Shown here: positions 9,069-19,025 of the stretch, one piece after another
How positions within the stretch are numbered: position 1 is the first letter of the stretch
Layout of the letters: the number at the start of each line of letters is the position of its first letter
Program-made: the position numbers and the translations under genes
DNA from: an uncultured Clostridium sp.
GTDB taxonomy: Bacteria > Bacillota > Clostridia > Clostridiales > Clostridiaceae
DNA: 35,632 nucleotides
Assembly (NCBI GenBank): GCA_964568335.1
Contig: CAZMQY010000003.1
Span: 2,930-38,561 of the forward strand
Direction: 5' to 3'
The notes under the pieces: model-generated
What the model was told of the DNA's origin: nothing
What the model saw: the letters and a program-made list of their open reading frames with translations, nothing else
The model's database searches: none

Positions 9069-10682
9069 TTATCTTACTCTATTTAATAAGGTTTTTGGTA
9101 TAAATTTTCTTAGTCTTAAAGGTATAATTTCCATTTCTTTTTTGGTGATTCCACCTATTAGTATTAAAGCGTAAATATAGGTAAATCCTCCTGCTGCTAT
9201 AGCTAGCATAGTGGATAGGACAACTGTAAAGTAGCCCTTATAAACAAAACCAAATATATATTCTATATCAAATTGTACTAAATATGCTACTACTCCCATG
9301 AATGCCGCTGCTACAAGTGGTTTTATTGATAATGTTATTAGATTATACTTTATTTTTAAGCTTCTTTTTATAACAAAATTATTTAGTAGCAGAGGCAGTA
9401 AAAAGCCAGCCATGCTTCCGTAAACTGCACCTAAAATATTTATGCTTGGCTTTCCTATAAGAAAATAGTTTATCATAATTTTTACAGCAATTCCTATTAC
9501 TATGTACAATGTAGATATATATAGTTTTCCAATGCTCTGAAGTATTGTTGACTGAATTTGAACTATCGCCATTAAAACCAAAACTACAGAACCATACCTC
9601 ATGAGCACAGCTCCTGAGGAGTATTTAGGAAATATACTTTCGAAAATAGGTCCACTGAGAACAGCTAGTCCAACCGCTGCCGGCATGGCAATCAAAAAAC
9701 AGGTCTTATAAGCATAATCTATGCCTTTTTTTACTTCTTCCGGATCATTTAATGCTGCTGCTCCAGATATTAGCGGAAGCACAGCTGAACATAGAGCTGA
9801 TATTATTGTTATTGGCACCCCGAGCAAAGTTTGATACTTTCCCAAATAGCCATTTTTTACTTTAGATTGTGAGTAATTAAGTCCCGATGACATCAATCTT
9901 CCCATAGTTACCTTGTTATCAATAACATTTCCAGCATTTTGAAGCCCCCAATTTACTGTCAAAGGTACAGCATAATTTATCAGCCTTTTAGCCAGTACTT
10001 TGTTCTGGAGTCTCTTTACTTCTAAATGCACGTCAGAATTTGGAACTTTAAATGTCTTATTCTTTTCATAATATCTTATCAAATATATTAAAGATACAAA
10101 AGCACCTACAGTAGTTCCTACTGTTGCTCCAGCACAGGCTGTCTCTACTCCGTATTTAGTCCATAGCGCAGCAAACATCAGAGAAAAAACAATATTCATT
10201 ACCTGCTCTAGAATTTGAGATACTGCAGTAGCTGTCATGTTTCCCCTACCCTGAAAATATCCTCTATAAGCTGATGCTGCAGAAGTAAGAAATACTGCTG
10301 GTGCTAAAGCAGCCAAAGCCAAATAGGCGTCAGGATTGTTCATCATTGAGGCTAATGGCTTTGATAAAAATCCCATCAGTATTGACATTATTGCTCCAAT
10401 TGCTATAAGCATCAATCTTGCCATTTTAAAGCACTTAACAGCATCTCTGTAATTCTTTAGAGCTATCAGTTCTGACACAAGCTTTGAAATAGCAGAAGTT
10501 AAGCCTGTATTTGTTATTACATATACAAAAGCAAAAATGCTGTAAGCACCATAATATACACCATAGCCTTCGTCACCAATTAAGATTAAAAGCATAGGTA
10601 CATACAACAGTGATATCAATTTAACTATCATTCCTGCCGCTGATAATATTGCAAAGCCTTTTGTGGTTGATTGGGTTTTCAT
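9069..10682 (-). CDS. MurJ/YtgP-like MOP-family flippase (polysaccharide biosynthesis protein)
   Basis: KGFAILSAAG, IGDEGYGVY, AISKLVSE, YRGYFQG and SQILEQ motifs; many transmembrane helices. Confidence 0.88.
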   Translation of the reverse strand: MKTQSTTKGFAILSAAGMIVKLISLLYVPMLLILIGDEGYGVYYGAYSIFAFVYVITNTGLTSAISKLVSELIALKNYRDAVKCFKMARLMLIAIGAIMSILMGFLSKPLASMMNNPDAYLALAALAPAVFLTSAASAYRGYFQGRGNMTATAVSQILEQVMNIVFSLMFAALWTKYGVETACAGATVGTTVGAFVSLIYLIRYYEKNKTFKVPNSDVHLEVKRLQNKVLAKRLINYAVPLTVNWGLQNAGNVIDNKVTMGRLMSSGLNYSQSKVKNGYLGKYQTLLGVPITIISALCSAVLPLISGAAALNDPEEVKKGIDYAYKTCFLIAMPAAVGLAVLSGPIFESIFPKYSSGAVLMRYGSVVLVLMAIVQIQSTILQSIGKLYISTLYIVIGIAVKIMINYFLIGKPSINILGAVYGSMAGFLLPLLLNNFVIKRSLKIKYNLITLSIKPLVAAAFMGVVAYLVQFDIEYIFGFVYKGYFTVVLSTMLAIAAGGFTYIYALILIGGITKKEMEIIPLRLRKFIPKTLLNRVR

Positions 10683-10697
10683 AACCTACTCCTTGTT

Positions 10698-11663
10698 TTA
10701 AAACTTAAATACATCATTCTTAATCTTTTTAAAGATAGGAGGCAAGCTTTCGCTTAAAGTTTTATTTTCCATGTAGGACAACTTATCTGGACAGTCTTTA
10801 AAAATCAGTTTATAGGCATATAGAAACTGGTAATTTAGTCCGTACTTATTTATAAAAAAGCTGTTTAGCTTGCTTTCACCGTACTTGGCATCACCAACTA
10901 TTGGATTTCCTAAGTGAGCAAGATGCGCTCTAAGCTGATGGCTTCTACCTGTAATTAAGTCTATCTCAATTAAGGAAAAAGTTCCACAGCTTTGTACAGT
11001 TTTTACTTCCATAGCAATCTTTTTAGTGTTAGGCATTCTATTATCAAACACTTTGGAAATATTATCATCTTCATCTTTTGATATATAGGCTTCATATACT
11101 CCATCTTTAATTCTATTCTTTACTAACGCAGTATAGTATTTTTTTATTTTTCTTTCTCTTATCATTTCATTTAATAACTTTAAGCTTTCAAAATTTTTTC
11201 CGAAAATAACAACCCCTGAAGTGTTCCTGTCTAGTCTATTGCATGGCGCTGGAGTAAATGTTACTTCTTTCTCTGGAAGATAATCTCCCTTGTCAAAAAG
11301 ATGTGATAGTACATAATCAGTCAAGGTAGAGTCTCCACCCTTTTTATCCGAATGCACTAAAACTCCCGGCCACTTTTCAACTATTACCATATTCTCGTCC
11401 TCATAGGTAATCTTTAAGTGGCTGTTATCTATACGGTTAAACTTTTCTTTTTTTGTGCTGCTTACTATTTCTTTAGTTTCAACTATATCCCCTTCGAGAA
11501 GAAAATACTTTTCTTTTCCTTTTTTTCCGTTAACCTTTATATCTCCTATTCTTATGCTCTTGTAAATTGCACTTAAGGGTACATCTTTAAGCCACTTTCT
11601 CGTAAACTTATCCAGTCTCTGTCCTGCTTCATTTGCTCCGATTTCAATTCTCATTTGTTTCAC
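10698..11663 (-). CDS. RluA-family RNA pseudouridine synthase with S4 domain
   Basis: GQRLDKF S4 domain, catalytic NRLDRNTSG, TGRSHQLRAH and GNPIVGD. Confidence 0.95.
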   Translation of the reverse strand: MKQMRIEIGANEAGQRLDKFTRKWLKDVPLSAIYKSIRIGDIKVNGKKGKEKYFLLEGDIVETKEIVSSTKKEKFNRIDNSHLKITYEDENMVIVEKWPGVLVHSDKKGGDSTLTDYVLSHLFDKGDYLPEKEVTFTPAPCNRLDRNTSGVVIFGKNFESLKLLNEMIRERKIKKYYTALVKNRIKDGVYEAYISKDEDDNISKVFDNRMPNTKKIAMEVKTVQSCGTFSLIEIDLITGRSHQLRAHLAHLGNPIVGDAKYGESKLNSFFINKYGLNYQFLYAYKLIFKDCPDKLSYMENKTLSESLPPIFKKIKNDVFKF

Positions 11664-11728
11664 TCCTAATACTATTTAAAAGCTTATTATACCACTATTA
11701 TTGCCTAAATCAAATTTTTTAGCTCTCT

Positions 11729-12901
11729 CTACTTTGATAAATATTCAAAGACAGCCTTGCATTGTATTGCGACACCAATAGGCAGGGCCTCCTCGTCTAT
11801 ATCAAAAAGGCTTCCATGAGCGGGATGTATTATCCCATTCCCTTCATTTCTTACCCCAAGGAAGTAAAAGGCCGATGGTCGTTCCATGGAAAAGTAAGCA
11901 AAACTTTCAACACCCATACTCGGGTTTTTCAGTTTTCTAATATTTTCTTCTCCAATAATATTCTTTGCACTGCTTTCGACTAAGTCCAAAACTTCATCAT
12001 TATTATAAAGGCAGGGATAGCTTTCTTCAATGTTTATTTCACAGTCGCCTCTCATTGAAAGAGCTATTCCTTGGACTATTTCTTGAAGTCTTTTCTTTAC
12101 ATATTCTCTATGCTCGGTTCTCATAGTTCTTATAATTCCCGAAAGAGTGACTTCCTCTGGAATTATATTTTGTGCTGTGCCGCCATGAATGCTGCCTATA
12201 GTAACTACAGCAGGATCTTGTGGAGGAATTTCTCTGCTGACTATAGTCTGCAGAGATAATATGACAGTGCTTGCTATAACAATGGGGTCAACAGTATCCT
12301 CAGGATGAGCTCCATGGCCGCCTTTTCCTTTTATTTTAATAGTAAATGGGTTTGATGCTGCATTTACAACTCCTCTTTTTATTCCCACCTTGCCCACTTG
12401 GGTATTTTCATCTACATGAAGACCTATAACGCAATCTACATGGGGGTTTTCAAGCACACCTTCCCTAATCATAAATCTTGCTCCACCCACAGTTTCCTCT
12501 GCAGGTTCGAAAAACAGCTTAACATTGCCCTTAAGCTCTTCCTTCACGCTGTTTAAAAGCTTTGCTGCTCCAAGAAGTATGGTGGTGTGAGCGTCATGGC
12601 CGCAAGCATGCATTCTGCCTTTAACCTTTGAAGAATATTCACATCCTTTTTTATCCTCAAGAGGAAGTGCATCTATATCCGCTCTAAGACCAATAGTTTT
12701 ATCTCCTCTTCCTTTTATAATTGCACAGATACCTGTACCAGAAACCTCTGTATATTCTATTCCCTCACTTTGCAAAAAAGCTTTAATAAATTTAGAAGTT
12801 TCGTATTCTTCAAAACCCAGCTCAGGATTAGCATGAAAATTTCTTCTCCATACTATTAACTGTTCCTTTATTTCTTGCGCTTTATGTAAAAAATCTATCA
12901 T
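11729..12901 (-). CDS. M20D amidohydrolase
   Basis: LRADIDALP, MHACGHDAH, PAEE and GKGGHGAHP motifs. Confidence 0.93.
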   Translation of the reverse strand: MIDFLHKAQEIKEQLIVWRRNFHANPELGFEEYETSKFIKAFLQSEGIEYTEVSGTGICAIIKGRGDKTIGLRADIDALPLEDKKGCEYSSKVKGRMHACGHDAHTTILLGAAKLLNSVKEELKGNVKLFFEPAEETVGGARFMIREGVLENPHVDCVIGLHVDENTQVGKVGIKRGVVNAASNPFTIKIKGKGGHGAHPEDTVDPIVIASTVILSLQTIVSREIPPQDPAVVTIGSIHGGTAQNIIPEEVTLSGIIRTMRTEHREYVKKRLQEIVQGIALSMRGDCEINIEESYPCLYNNDEVLDLVESSAKNIIGEENIRKLKNPSMGVESFAYFSMERPSAFYFLGVRNEGNGIIHPAHGSLFDIDEEALPIGVAIQCKAVFEYLSK

Positions 12902-12921
12902 ATTTGCCTGCCTCCTTTATA

Positions 12922-14943
12922 CTATTCCCAATAAATTTTAATATCATCACCCTCTGAAAGCACATCATGATATCCGGCTTTATCACCATTTAATAGGAGA
13001 ACCAAGTTTCCTTTTGCTATAGTTAAATCAAAATTTATATAGTCAAATATATCTATAAAAATATAGCCATCTTTGTTTTTTAAAGTAAATCTCTCTCCAT
13101 TTACTAAAATATCAATTTCCTTATTATGTTTCACGAAGCTTTTAATATCTGTATTCATAATTGTGGCAGCAGAAATCTCCTCAACAGAAGTGTTCATATT
13201 TTCAAGATATCTTCTGGTTATTCTATCTCCTTCTTTAATTTCGTAGCTGTCAGGCAGCTGTTTATCTCCAAGATAATATTTAGCATTGTTTTGCTTGTCA
13301 ATATACTCTCTATAAATCTCTATTGTGTCAGGAAAGATAACTCTTACATTATCTCCGTCCTTTATCAATGTGTCCAAGGCTACTTTGTCTTCATTAATAT
13401 AAATAATAGGTTCGATATGTGTTAAAATGTCATTCATATAAAAGCTGACAACATTTAGGTTTTCAATATAGCTTATTGGCCTTGGGGACGCGTCTTTTCC
13501 ATCCATGGCAAAACTTATCTCTATTTTATCTCCCTCTCTAATAAGAGAATCAATGCATGAACCTAAGCCGTTTATTTTTATTAGTGCATTAGATGCAAGG
13601 CTCCCAAAGGCTATTCGCTTCACACCGTTTAGATTAAATCTTATATTTCTCCCATTTTTACCTATAAGCACCTTTGGGTTTATTCCAGCCTGCATCATAA
13701 CATCTGCTACTGTATGCTTATGTGAGTTAAATAAACTTATGACATTATCGTTTAAGGTTACATTAATAAAATCCTGACCTAATTTAAGTATAGAAATCAA
13801 AGCAATTCCAAGAACAGTAACTCCTATGCTTCCTAAACTGTTGTCATAACAAACGCAGTCAGAAACAGCGTCTCTTCCCTTTATAGCTATCCTTTGGGCT
13901 GGAAGATTAAGCTTTTCAGCTAATGTATCCTTTAATCCTGGAGTATGAGCTCCGCCACCAACTAAAAACACTGCATTAGGAGCTTTTCCGCCATTAAGAT
14001 CTATAATCTTTGCTGCGATTTCCTCACAAACTTTATCTACAACAGGCTTTATAACCTTGATTACTTCTGCTGAGCTTATTTCATTTTCTATACCTAATAC
14101 GTCAATGAAGGTAATTATATCCTTAACAGAACAATCCTTTTTAATTCTCTCTGCAGTATTAAAATCTACTAAAAAGCTTTGTGCAACAGCCTCTGTTACC
14201 TCATCTCCTGCAATTGCTGCCATTCCATAGGCACTTATGGAATCCTTGCTGCTTATGGCTATATCTGATGTGCCTGCTCCTATATCTATAAGCGCAAGAT
14301 TTAATAGTCGCAAGCTTTTAGGAACTGCTGCTTCCATGGCTGCAATTGGCTCTAAAGTTAAACTTGCAACGTTTAATTTGGCCTTATCCATAACAGCATA
14401 AAGGCTTTCAACTACTGATCTTGGCAAGAAGGTAGCTATAACTTCAGCTGATATTTTATCGCCTTTATGAGATAAAAGATTTGATATTACATAATCATTT
14501 AGAAAATAACTCTTTACACTGTAGCCAACGCAATAAAGCTTTCCTTGAGTAGATTTGTTTACTTCCTCCTCGGCATTTTTAACAGCTGTAAGCTCAAGAC
14601 CTCTAACAAGTTCCTTATCTATCTCTCTATCAAAGTCTAGTAGTATATCAGCTCTAGCAGCTGTTGTTCTTAAAAATCTTCCTGCTGCTGCAATAGCCAC
14701 ATTTTCAAGCTTAAAGCCTAAGTCCTGTTCTAGCTGCTTTTTAACTGTGCTTACTTCCAAAGCCACAAGATTGATATCATGTATTTGCCCATCTATCATA
14801 GCTCTTTCTTCATGCTCTAAATATTTCTCTGCCAAGCAGTGAAACTTTTTATCCTTTACAATGCCAACGGTTCCTATAATAGAACGAGTACCTATATCCA
14901 AGGCAAATATTACATCTTTAGGATTAATATTTGTTAATTCCAT
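12922..14943 (-). CDS. FtsA/PilM-like actin-fold ATPase with C-terminal ThiS/MoaD-like repeats
   Basis: ALDIGTRS, DGQIHDI, LEPIAA, LIDIGAGTSDI, AERIK and LVGGGA motifs, plus a ~280-aa tail with repeated (I/L)NG..GD.I motifs. Confidence 0.85.
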   Translation of the reverse strand: MELTNINPKDVIFALDIGTRSIIGTVGIVKDKKFHCLAEKYLEHEERAMIDGQIHDINLVALEVSTVKKQLEQDLGFKLENVAIAAAGRFLRTTAARADILLDFDREIDKELVRGLELTAVKNAEEEVNKSTQGKLYCVGYSVKSYFLNDYVISNLLSHKGDKISAEVIATFLPRSVVESLYAVMDKAKLNVASLTLEPIAAMEAAVPKSLRLLNLALIDIGAGTSDIAISSKDSISAYGMAAIAGDEVTEAVAQSFLVDFNTAERIKKDCSVKDIITFIDVLGIENEISSAEVIKVIKPVVDKVCEEIAAKIIDLNGGKAPNAVFLVGGGAHTPGLKDTLAEKLNLPAQRIAIKGRDAVSDCVCYDNSLGSIGVTVLGIALISILKLGQDFINVTLNDNVISLFNSHKHTVADVMMQAGINPKVLIGKNGRNIRFNLNGVKRIAFGSLASNALIKINGLGSCIDSLIREGDKIEISFAMDGKDASPRPISYIENLNVVSFYMNDILTHIEPIIYINEDKVALDTLIKDGDNVRVIFPDTIEIYREYIDKQNNAKYYLGDKQLPDSYEIKEGDRITRRYLENMNTSVEEISAATIMNTDIKSFVKHNKEIDILVNGERFTLKNKDGYIFIDIFDYINFDLTIAKGNLVLLLNGDKAGYHDVLSEGDDIKIYWE

Positions 14944-15008
14944 AGCATAAACCTCATAAACAGTAATTTAAAAGCTCATATTCTAAGAATATGAGCAACT
15001 ATAATAAA

Positions 15009-15037
15009 ATTATATACCAATAATTATCATTATTCAA
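15009..15037 (-). promoter_or_regulatory. sigma-A promoter of the ftsA-like gene
   Basis: Minus strand TTGAAT-17 nt-TATAAT. Confidence 0.65.
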
Positions 15038-15150
15038 CAAAATAGCACAGCATTGGCTTTTTTGTTGATATTTATTCTCTTATAATTTGCTTAATAGTTC
15101 TTTATTTCTTACAAGGCTATTGCAAAAGAAATATGGATTAAATAAAAATG

Positions 15151-17358
15151 TTATACCCAGGATTTTTGTAATTTAATAATTCCATGGTTATGCAGCACCG
15201 CTATATCGAACTTTCTCCTCATATCCTTATCAAATTTAATTTCAACTATATTCTCATTTATTTCCACAATTATGCCATTACCAAAGGAATTGTGGATTAC
15301 TTCTTCACCTGGCTTATATATAGCTTTCAAATCTTCAGACAGATTTATACTGCATTCCTCTATAAACCTTGAAGGCACCGTATACTTTCCCCTCATGTTC
15401 CTAGGTATACACATGAATACATTATCTATAGCTCGAGTTAAAGCTACGAAAAATAATCTTCTCTCTTCTTCTATATCCTCACTAATATTGTTTATATGCG
15501 GAAGCGTTTCTTCCACACAGTTAATTATAAATACATTTTTAAACTCCATGCCTTTAACACCATGTATTGTACTTAAGGTAACTCTATTATCATCTTCAAT
15601 TTGCTTTGTACTTTCTTTTATTTCTTCTCCTACCCGCTCAATGTGGGTTAAAAAGGTTATGATGCTGTTATAAGCAGACGCAGCTTCCTTAAACTCCTCT
15701 AAAATATCTTCAAGCTCTGAAATTTGTATTTTAAATTTCTGACTATATTCCTTTATGTAATCATGATAACCCAAGGCAGTTATAATATATTGTATAGCAC
15801 TTTGAAGCGACATTTTATTCAAGCTGTGTATATCCTTTTCAAGCTTATCTAAATTTTTAATTTGAAATACCGGAGTTTCCAGAAGTGACTTTATAAACTC
15901 AAAGCAATTAACTCTTATGGAACTAGTAGATAGCTTTTCCAAACTTATTCTACTAACATATCTAAAAGGTTTATTAATGATTCTTTTGAAGCTTTCCACG
16001 TCTTCTTTTATTATGCTAAGACTTAAATATGCGGCTAGGTCTTTGCATATAAAATGATCAAAAAAATTGTATTCTTTATCCAAAAGCTTAAATGGGATTT
16101 TCTTTCTTATAAATGCATCTATGAGACTTCTGCTTTCCATGTTTGTTCTATACAAAACAGCGAATTCCTTATAGTTGTATCCACCTACAGTAACAAGCTT
16201 TTCAATATTTAATGCTATATCTTCCGCTTCAGCATTTTCATCATAGTACCTTAATACCTCAATTCTTTTCCTAACTTTCTTCCATGCAATCATGCTTTTT
16301 TCATTTCTTTTTAAATTATTGCTAATTAATCTTCCTGCAATGTTAACTATGTTTGCCGTACTTCTATAATTAGTTGAAAGCTGAAGTTTAATTCCTTTTT
16401 CAAAATGCTTTTGAAAATCCACCATATAATCAGGTCTAGAGCCTCTAAAGGAATAAATACATTGATCCTCATCTCCAACACCAAAAATATTGTTATACTT
16501 ATTTAATACCTTTATTATTTGGATTTGTATATTGTCGCAGTCTTGAAATTCATCTATTAGCATATATTTGAAACCTTTTCTATAAATCTCTGCTATGCCA
16601 GTACTTTTTACAAGCAGCTCTTTAAATTTAATTTGAATATCATCGAAATCAAATAGCCCTCTTTCACCTTTATAGCTTTCGTAAGCATTATAGCAGCCTT
16701 CAAATATATCTTTAGATACATGCGAATCAAAATCCTCCATATTTAATTCACCACATTTAAAAAGCGAAATCCTGCTTCTTATATCTTTTATCTTATCCTC
16801 GCTTACCTCTTCCATATGTTTCACTAAGCTGTTAGACAAAACTCTATAAGCTTCTGAGCCTTCTATAATGTTTATTTTTCCACAATGCCTTATTAAAAGC
16901 TTATAAAAAAGCCCATGAAAGGTTCCAAAAAAAGGGGTGTCTAAACTTTCGCTTAAGGCTTGAAATCTTTTTTTCATATTCATTGCAGCAGCCTTGGTAA
17001 AGGTTATGACAACTATATTACTGGAATTAACTCTGTTAAAGCCTAACAAATACTCTAACCTTGCCTTGTCTGAATTAAGATATTTATAGTTTTTATCCTC
17101 AAGATATTCCTTAAGCAGAGTTAAATCACCAGATGTTAGATCACCTGGAGCACGCTGGCTTCCATAAGAAATTCCGTACTTTGTCAAATATAAAACCTTA
17201 TTTATTAACACAGTAGTTTTTCCTGAACCAGGACATGCTAAAACCAAAACATTTCTATCTTCATTAAAAACAGCGCTTTTTTGCTGCTCATCTAAATATT
17301 CAAATTGTCTTTCAATAATTCTATCTCTTAATTTGCAGTATTCATTTTTAATACTCAT
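15151..17358 (-). CDS. UvrD/PcrA-family ATP-dependent DNA helicase
   Basis: ACPGSGKT, TFT.AAA, GTFH, DEFQD, GDEDQCIYSFRG, NYRST, TIHGVKGMEF and EERRLFFVALTRA motifs. Confidence 0.95.
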   Translation of the reverse strand: MSIKNEYCKLRDRIIERQFEYLDEQQKSAVFNEDRNVLVLACPGSGKTTVLINKVLYLTKYGISYGSQRAPGDLTSGDLTLLKEYLEDKNYKYLNSDKARLEYLLGFNRVNSSNIVVITFTKAAAMNMKKRFQALSESLDTPFFGTFHGLFYKLLIRHCGKINIIEGSEAYRVLSNSLVKHMEEVSEDKIKDIRSRISLFKCGELNMEDFDSHVSKDIFEGCYNAYESYKGERGLFDFDDIQIKFKELLVKSTGIAEIYRKGFKYMLIDEFQDCDNIQIQIIKVLNKYNNIFGVGDEDQCIYSFRGSRPDYMVDFQKHFEKGIKLQLSTNYRSTANIVNIAGRLISNNLKRNEKSMIAWKKVRKRIEVLRYYDENAEAEDIALNIEKLVTVGGYNYKEFAVLYRTNMESRSLIDAFIRKKIPFKLLDKEYNFFDHFICKDLAAYLSLSIIKEDVESFKRIINKPFRYVSRISLEKLSTSSIRVNCFEFIKSLLETPVFQIKNLDKLEKDIHSLNKMSLQSAIQYIITALGYHDYIKEYSQKFKIQISELEDILEEFKEAASAYNSIITFLTHIERVGEEIKESTKQIEDDNRVTLSTIHGVKGMEFKNVFIINCVEETLPHINNISEDIEEERRLFFVALTRAIDNVFMCIPRNMRGKYTVPSRFIEECSINLSEDLKAIYKPGEEVIHNSFGNGIIVEINENIVEIKFDKDMRRKFDIAVLHNHGIIKLQKSWV

Positions 17359-17466
17359 ATTTAACCTCTAATATCTATTTTAATAAGCTTATTTTCATTA
17401 TTGCCATAATATTTGTATTTTACAGACTAAAAAGCCTTTGATTTAGTGTATATAATCAAAAACCTA

Positions 17467-17495
17467 TTGTAATAATTACTTTAGAGGATTAAAAT
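17467..17495 (+). promoter_or_regulatory. Candidate sigma-A promoter of pncB
   Basis: TTGTAA-17 nt-TAAAAT. Confidence 0.5.
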
Positions 17496-17541
17496 AAAAA
17501 TGTCCATAATTATTACAAAATATACATAGAGGAGAAGCACA

Positions 17542-19020
17542 ATGGAATACATAAAAAATTTCAATGTACGTAACGAAAGAAATCTTACTATGCTTGTGGA
17601 TTTCTATGAGCTAACCATGGCCAATGGCTATTTAGATAATAAGGTAGGAGATAAAACAGCTTATTTTGATATGTTTTTTAGAAGGGTTCCCGATGGTGGC
17701 GGCTACTGCATAATGGCTGGAGTTCAACAGCTTATAGAATATATGTCAAATTTGAAATTTACTGAAGACGATATTAATTACCTAAAAGAAAAGAATATTT
17801 TTTCTAATGAATTTATAGAATACTTAAAAAATTTTAAATTCACCTGCGATGTTTGGGCAGTACCAGAGGGAAATCCAGTTTTCCCAAACGAACCTTTAGT
17901 TGTAGTTAAAGGTCCTGTAATTCAAGCTCAATTTGTTGAAACTATGATACTTCTTACTGTAAATCATCAAACACTAATTGCCACAAAGGCTAATAGAATT
18001 TGCAGAGCAGCTAAGGGCAAACCAGTGATGGAATTTGGTTCCAGAAGAGCTCAAGGTTACGATGGAGCTATTTATGGAGCTCGTGCTGCTATTATTGGGG
18101 GCTGTTCCTCATCAGCTTGTACTATAGCAGAAGAGATGTTCGGGATTCCTGCTGCTGGAACAATGGCTCACAGTTGGGTTCAGCTCTTCCCTACAGAGTA
18201 TGAGGCCTTTGCAGCCTGGGCTAAAACCTATCCAGACAATTGCACACTACTGGTAGATACCTATAATGTTTTGAAGTCTGGAGTGCCAAATGCTATAAGG
18301 GTATTTGACGAGATATTAAAACCTCAGGGCTTCAGACCTCAGGCCATACGAATTGATAGTGGGGATATAACCTATTTAACAAAAAAGTGCAGAGAGATGC
18401 TTGATGAATCTGGATATGAGGATTGCAAAATAGTCATATCAAATTCCCTTGACGAGTATATTATTAGGGATGTGCTAGGACAAGGCGCCAAAGTTGATGC
18501 TTTTGGAGTCGGCGAAAGACTTATTACCGCTAAGTCTGAACCTGTTTTTGGGGGTGTTTACAAGCTTTCTGCAATAGAAAATGACGGACAAATAATTCCA
18601 AAGATAAAAATAAGCGAGAATGAAGAAAAGATAACTAATCCAGGCTTTAAGAAAATATATAGAATATTTGAAAAGAACACTAATAAAGCCTTAGCTGATT
18701 TAATTACCCTGCAGGATGAAACCATAGATGAAAACAAAGCACTTGATTTATTCGATCCAGTATACACCTGGAAAAGAAAGAAAATAAAAAATTACTATGT
18801 TAAGGATCTGCTCGTAAAGATTTTCGATAAAGGAAAGGTTGTATATGAAAGTCCAAGTGTTATGGAAATAAGAGAATATGCAAAGCAGGAAACAGAAAAA
18901 CTTTGGTCAGAGGTTTTAAGATTTGAAAATCCTCACACCTTCTATATCGACTTGTCCACGAAGCTGTGGAAGTTAAAGCAAAGCTTGCTTCATCAGTATT
19001 CTGATGTTTATGAGGAATAG
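17542..19020 (+). CDS. pncB: Nicotinate phosphoribosyltransferase
   Basis: DFYELTM, EFGSRRAQG, GTMAHSW, LVDTY, IRIDSGD and FGVGE motifs; RBS GAGGAG. Confidence 0.95.
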   Translation: MEYIKNFNVRNERNLTMLVDFYELTMANGYLDNKVGDKTAYFDMFFRRVPDGGGYCIMAGVQQLIEYMSNLKFTEDDINYLKEKNIFSNEFIEYLKNFKFTCDVWAVPEGNPVFPNEPLVVVKGPVIQAQFVETMILLTVNHQTLIATKANRICRAAKGKPVMEFGSRRAQGYDGAIYGARAAIIGGCSSSACTIAEEMFGIPAAGTMAHSWVQLFPTEYEAFAAWAKTYPDNCTLLVDTYNVLKSGVPNAIRVFDEILKPQGFRPQAIRIDSGDITYLTKKCREMLDESGYEDCKIVISNSLDEYIIRDVLGQGAKVDAFGVGERLITAKSEPVFGGVYKLSAIENDGQIIPKIKISENEEKITNPGFKKIYRIFEKNTNKALADLITLQDETIDENKALDLFDPVYTWKRKKIKNYYVKDLLVKIFDKGKVVYESPSVMEIREYAKQETEKLWSEVLRFENPHTFYIDLSTKLWKLKQSLLHQYSDVYEE

Positions 19021-19025
19021 AATTA

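Noticed and set aside
12922-14943. Calling this gene canonical ftsA or part of a ubiquitin-conjugation system
   Set aside because: No ftsZ/dcw context, no terminal Gly-Gly, and no E1, E2 or JAB gene in the window.
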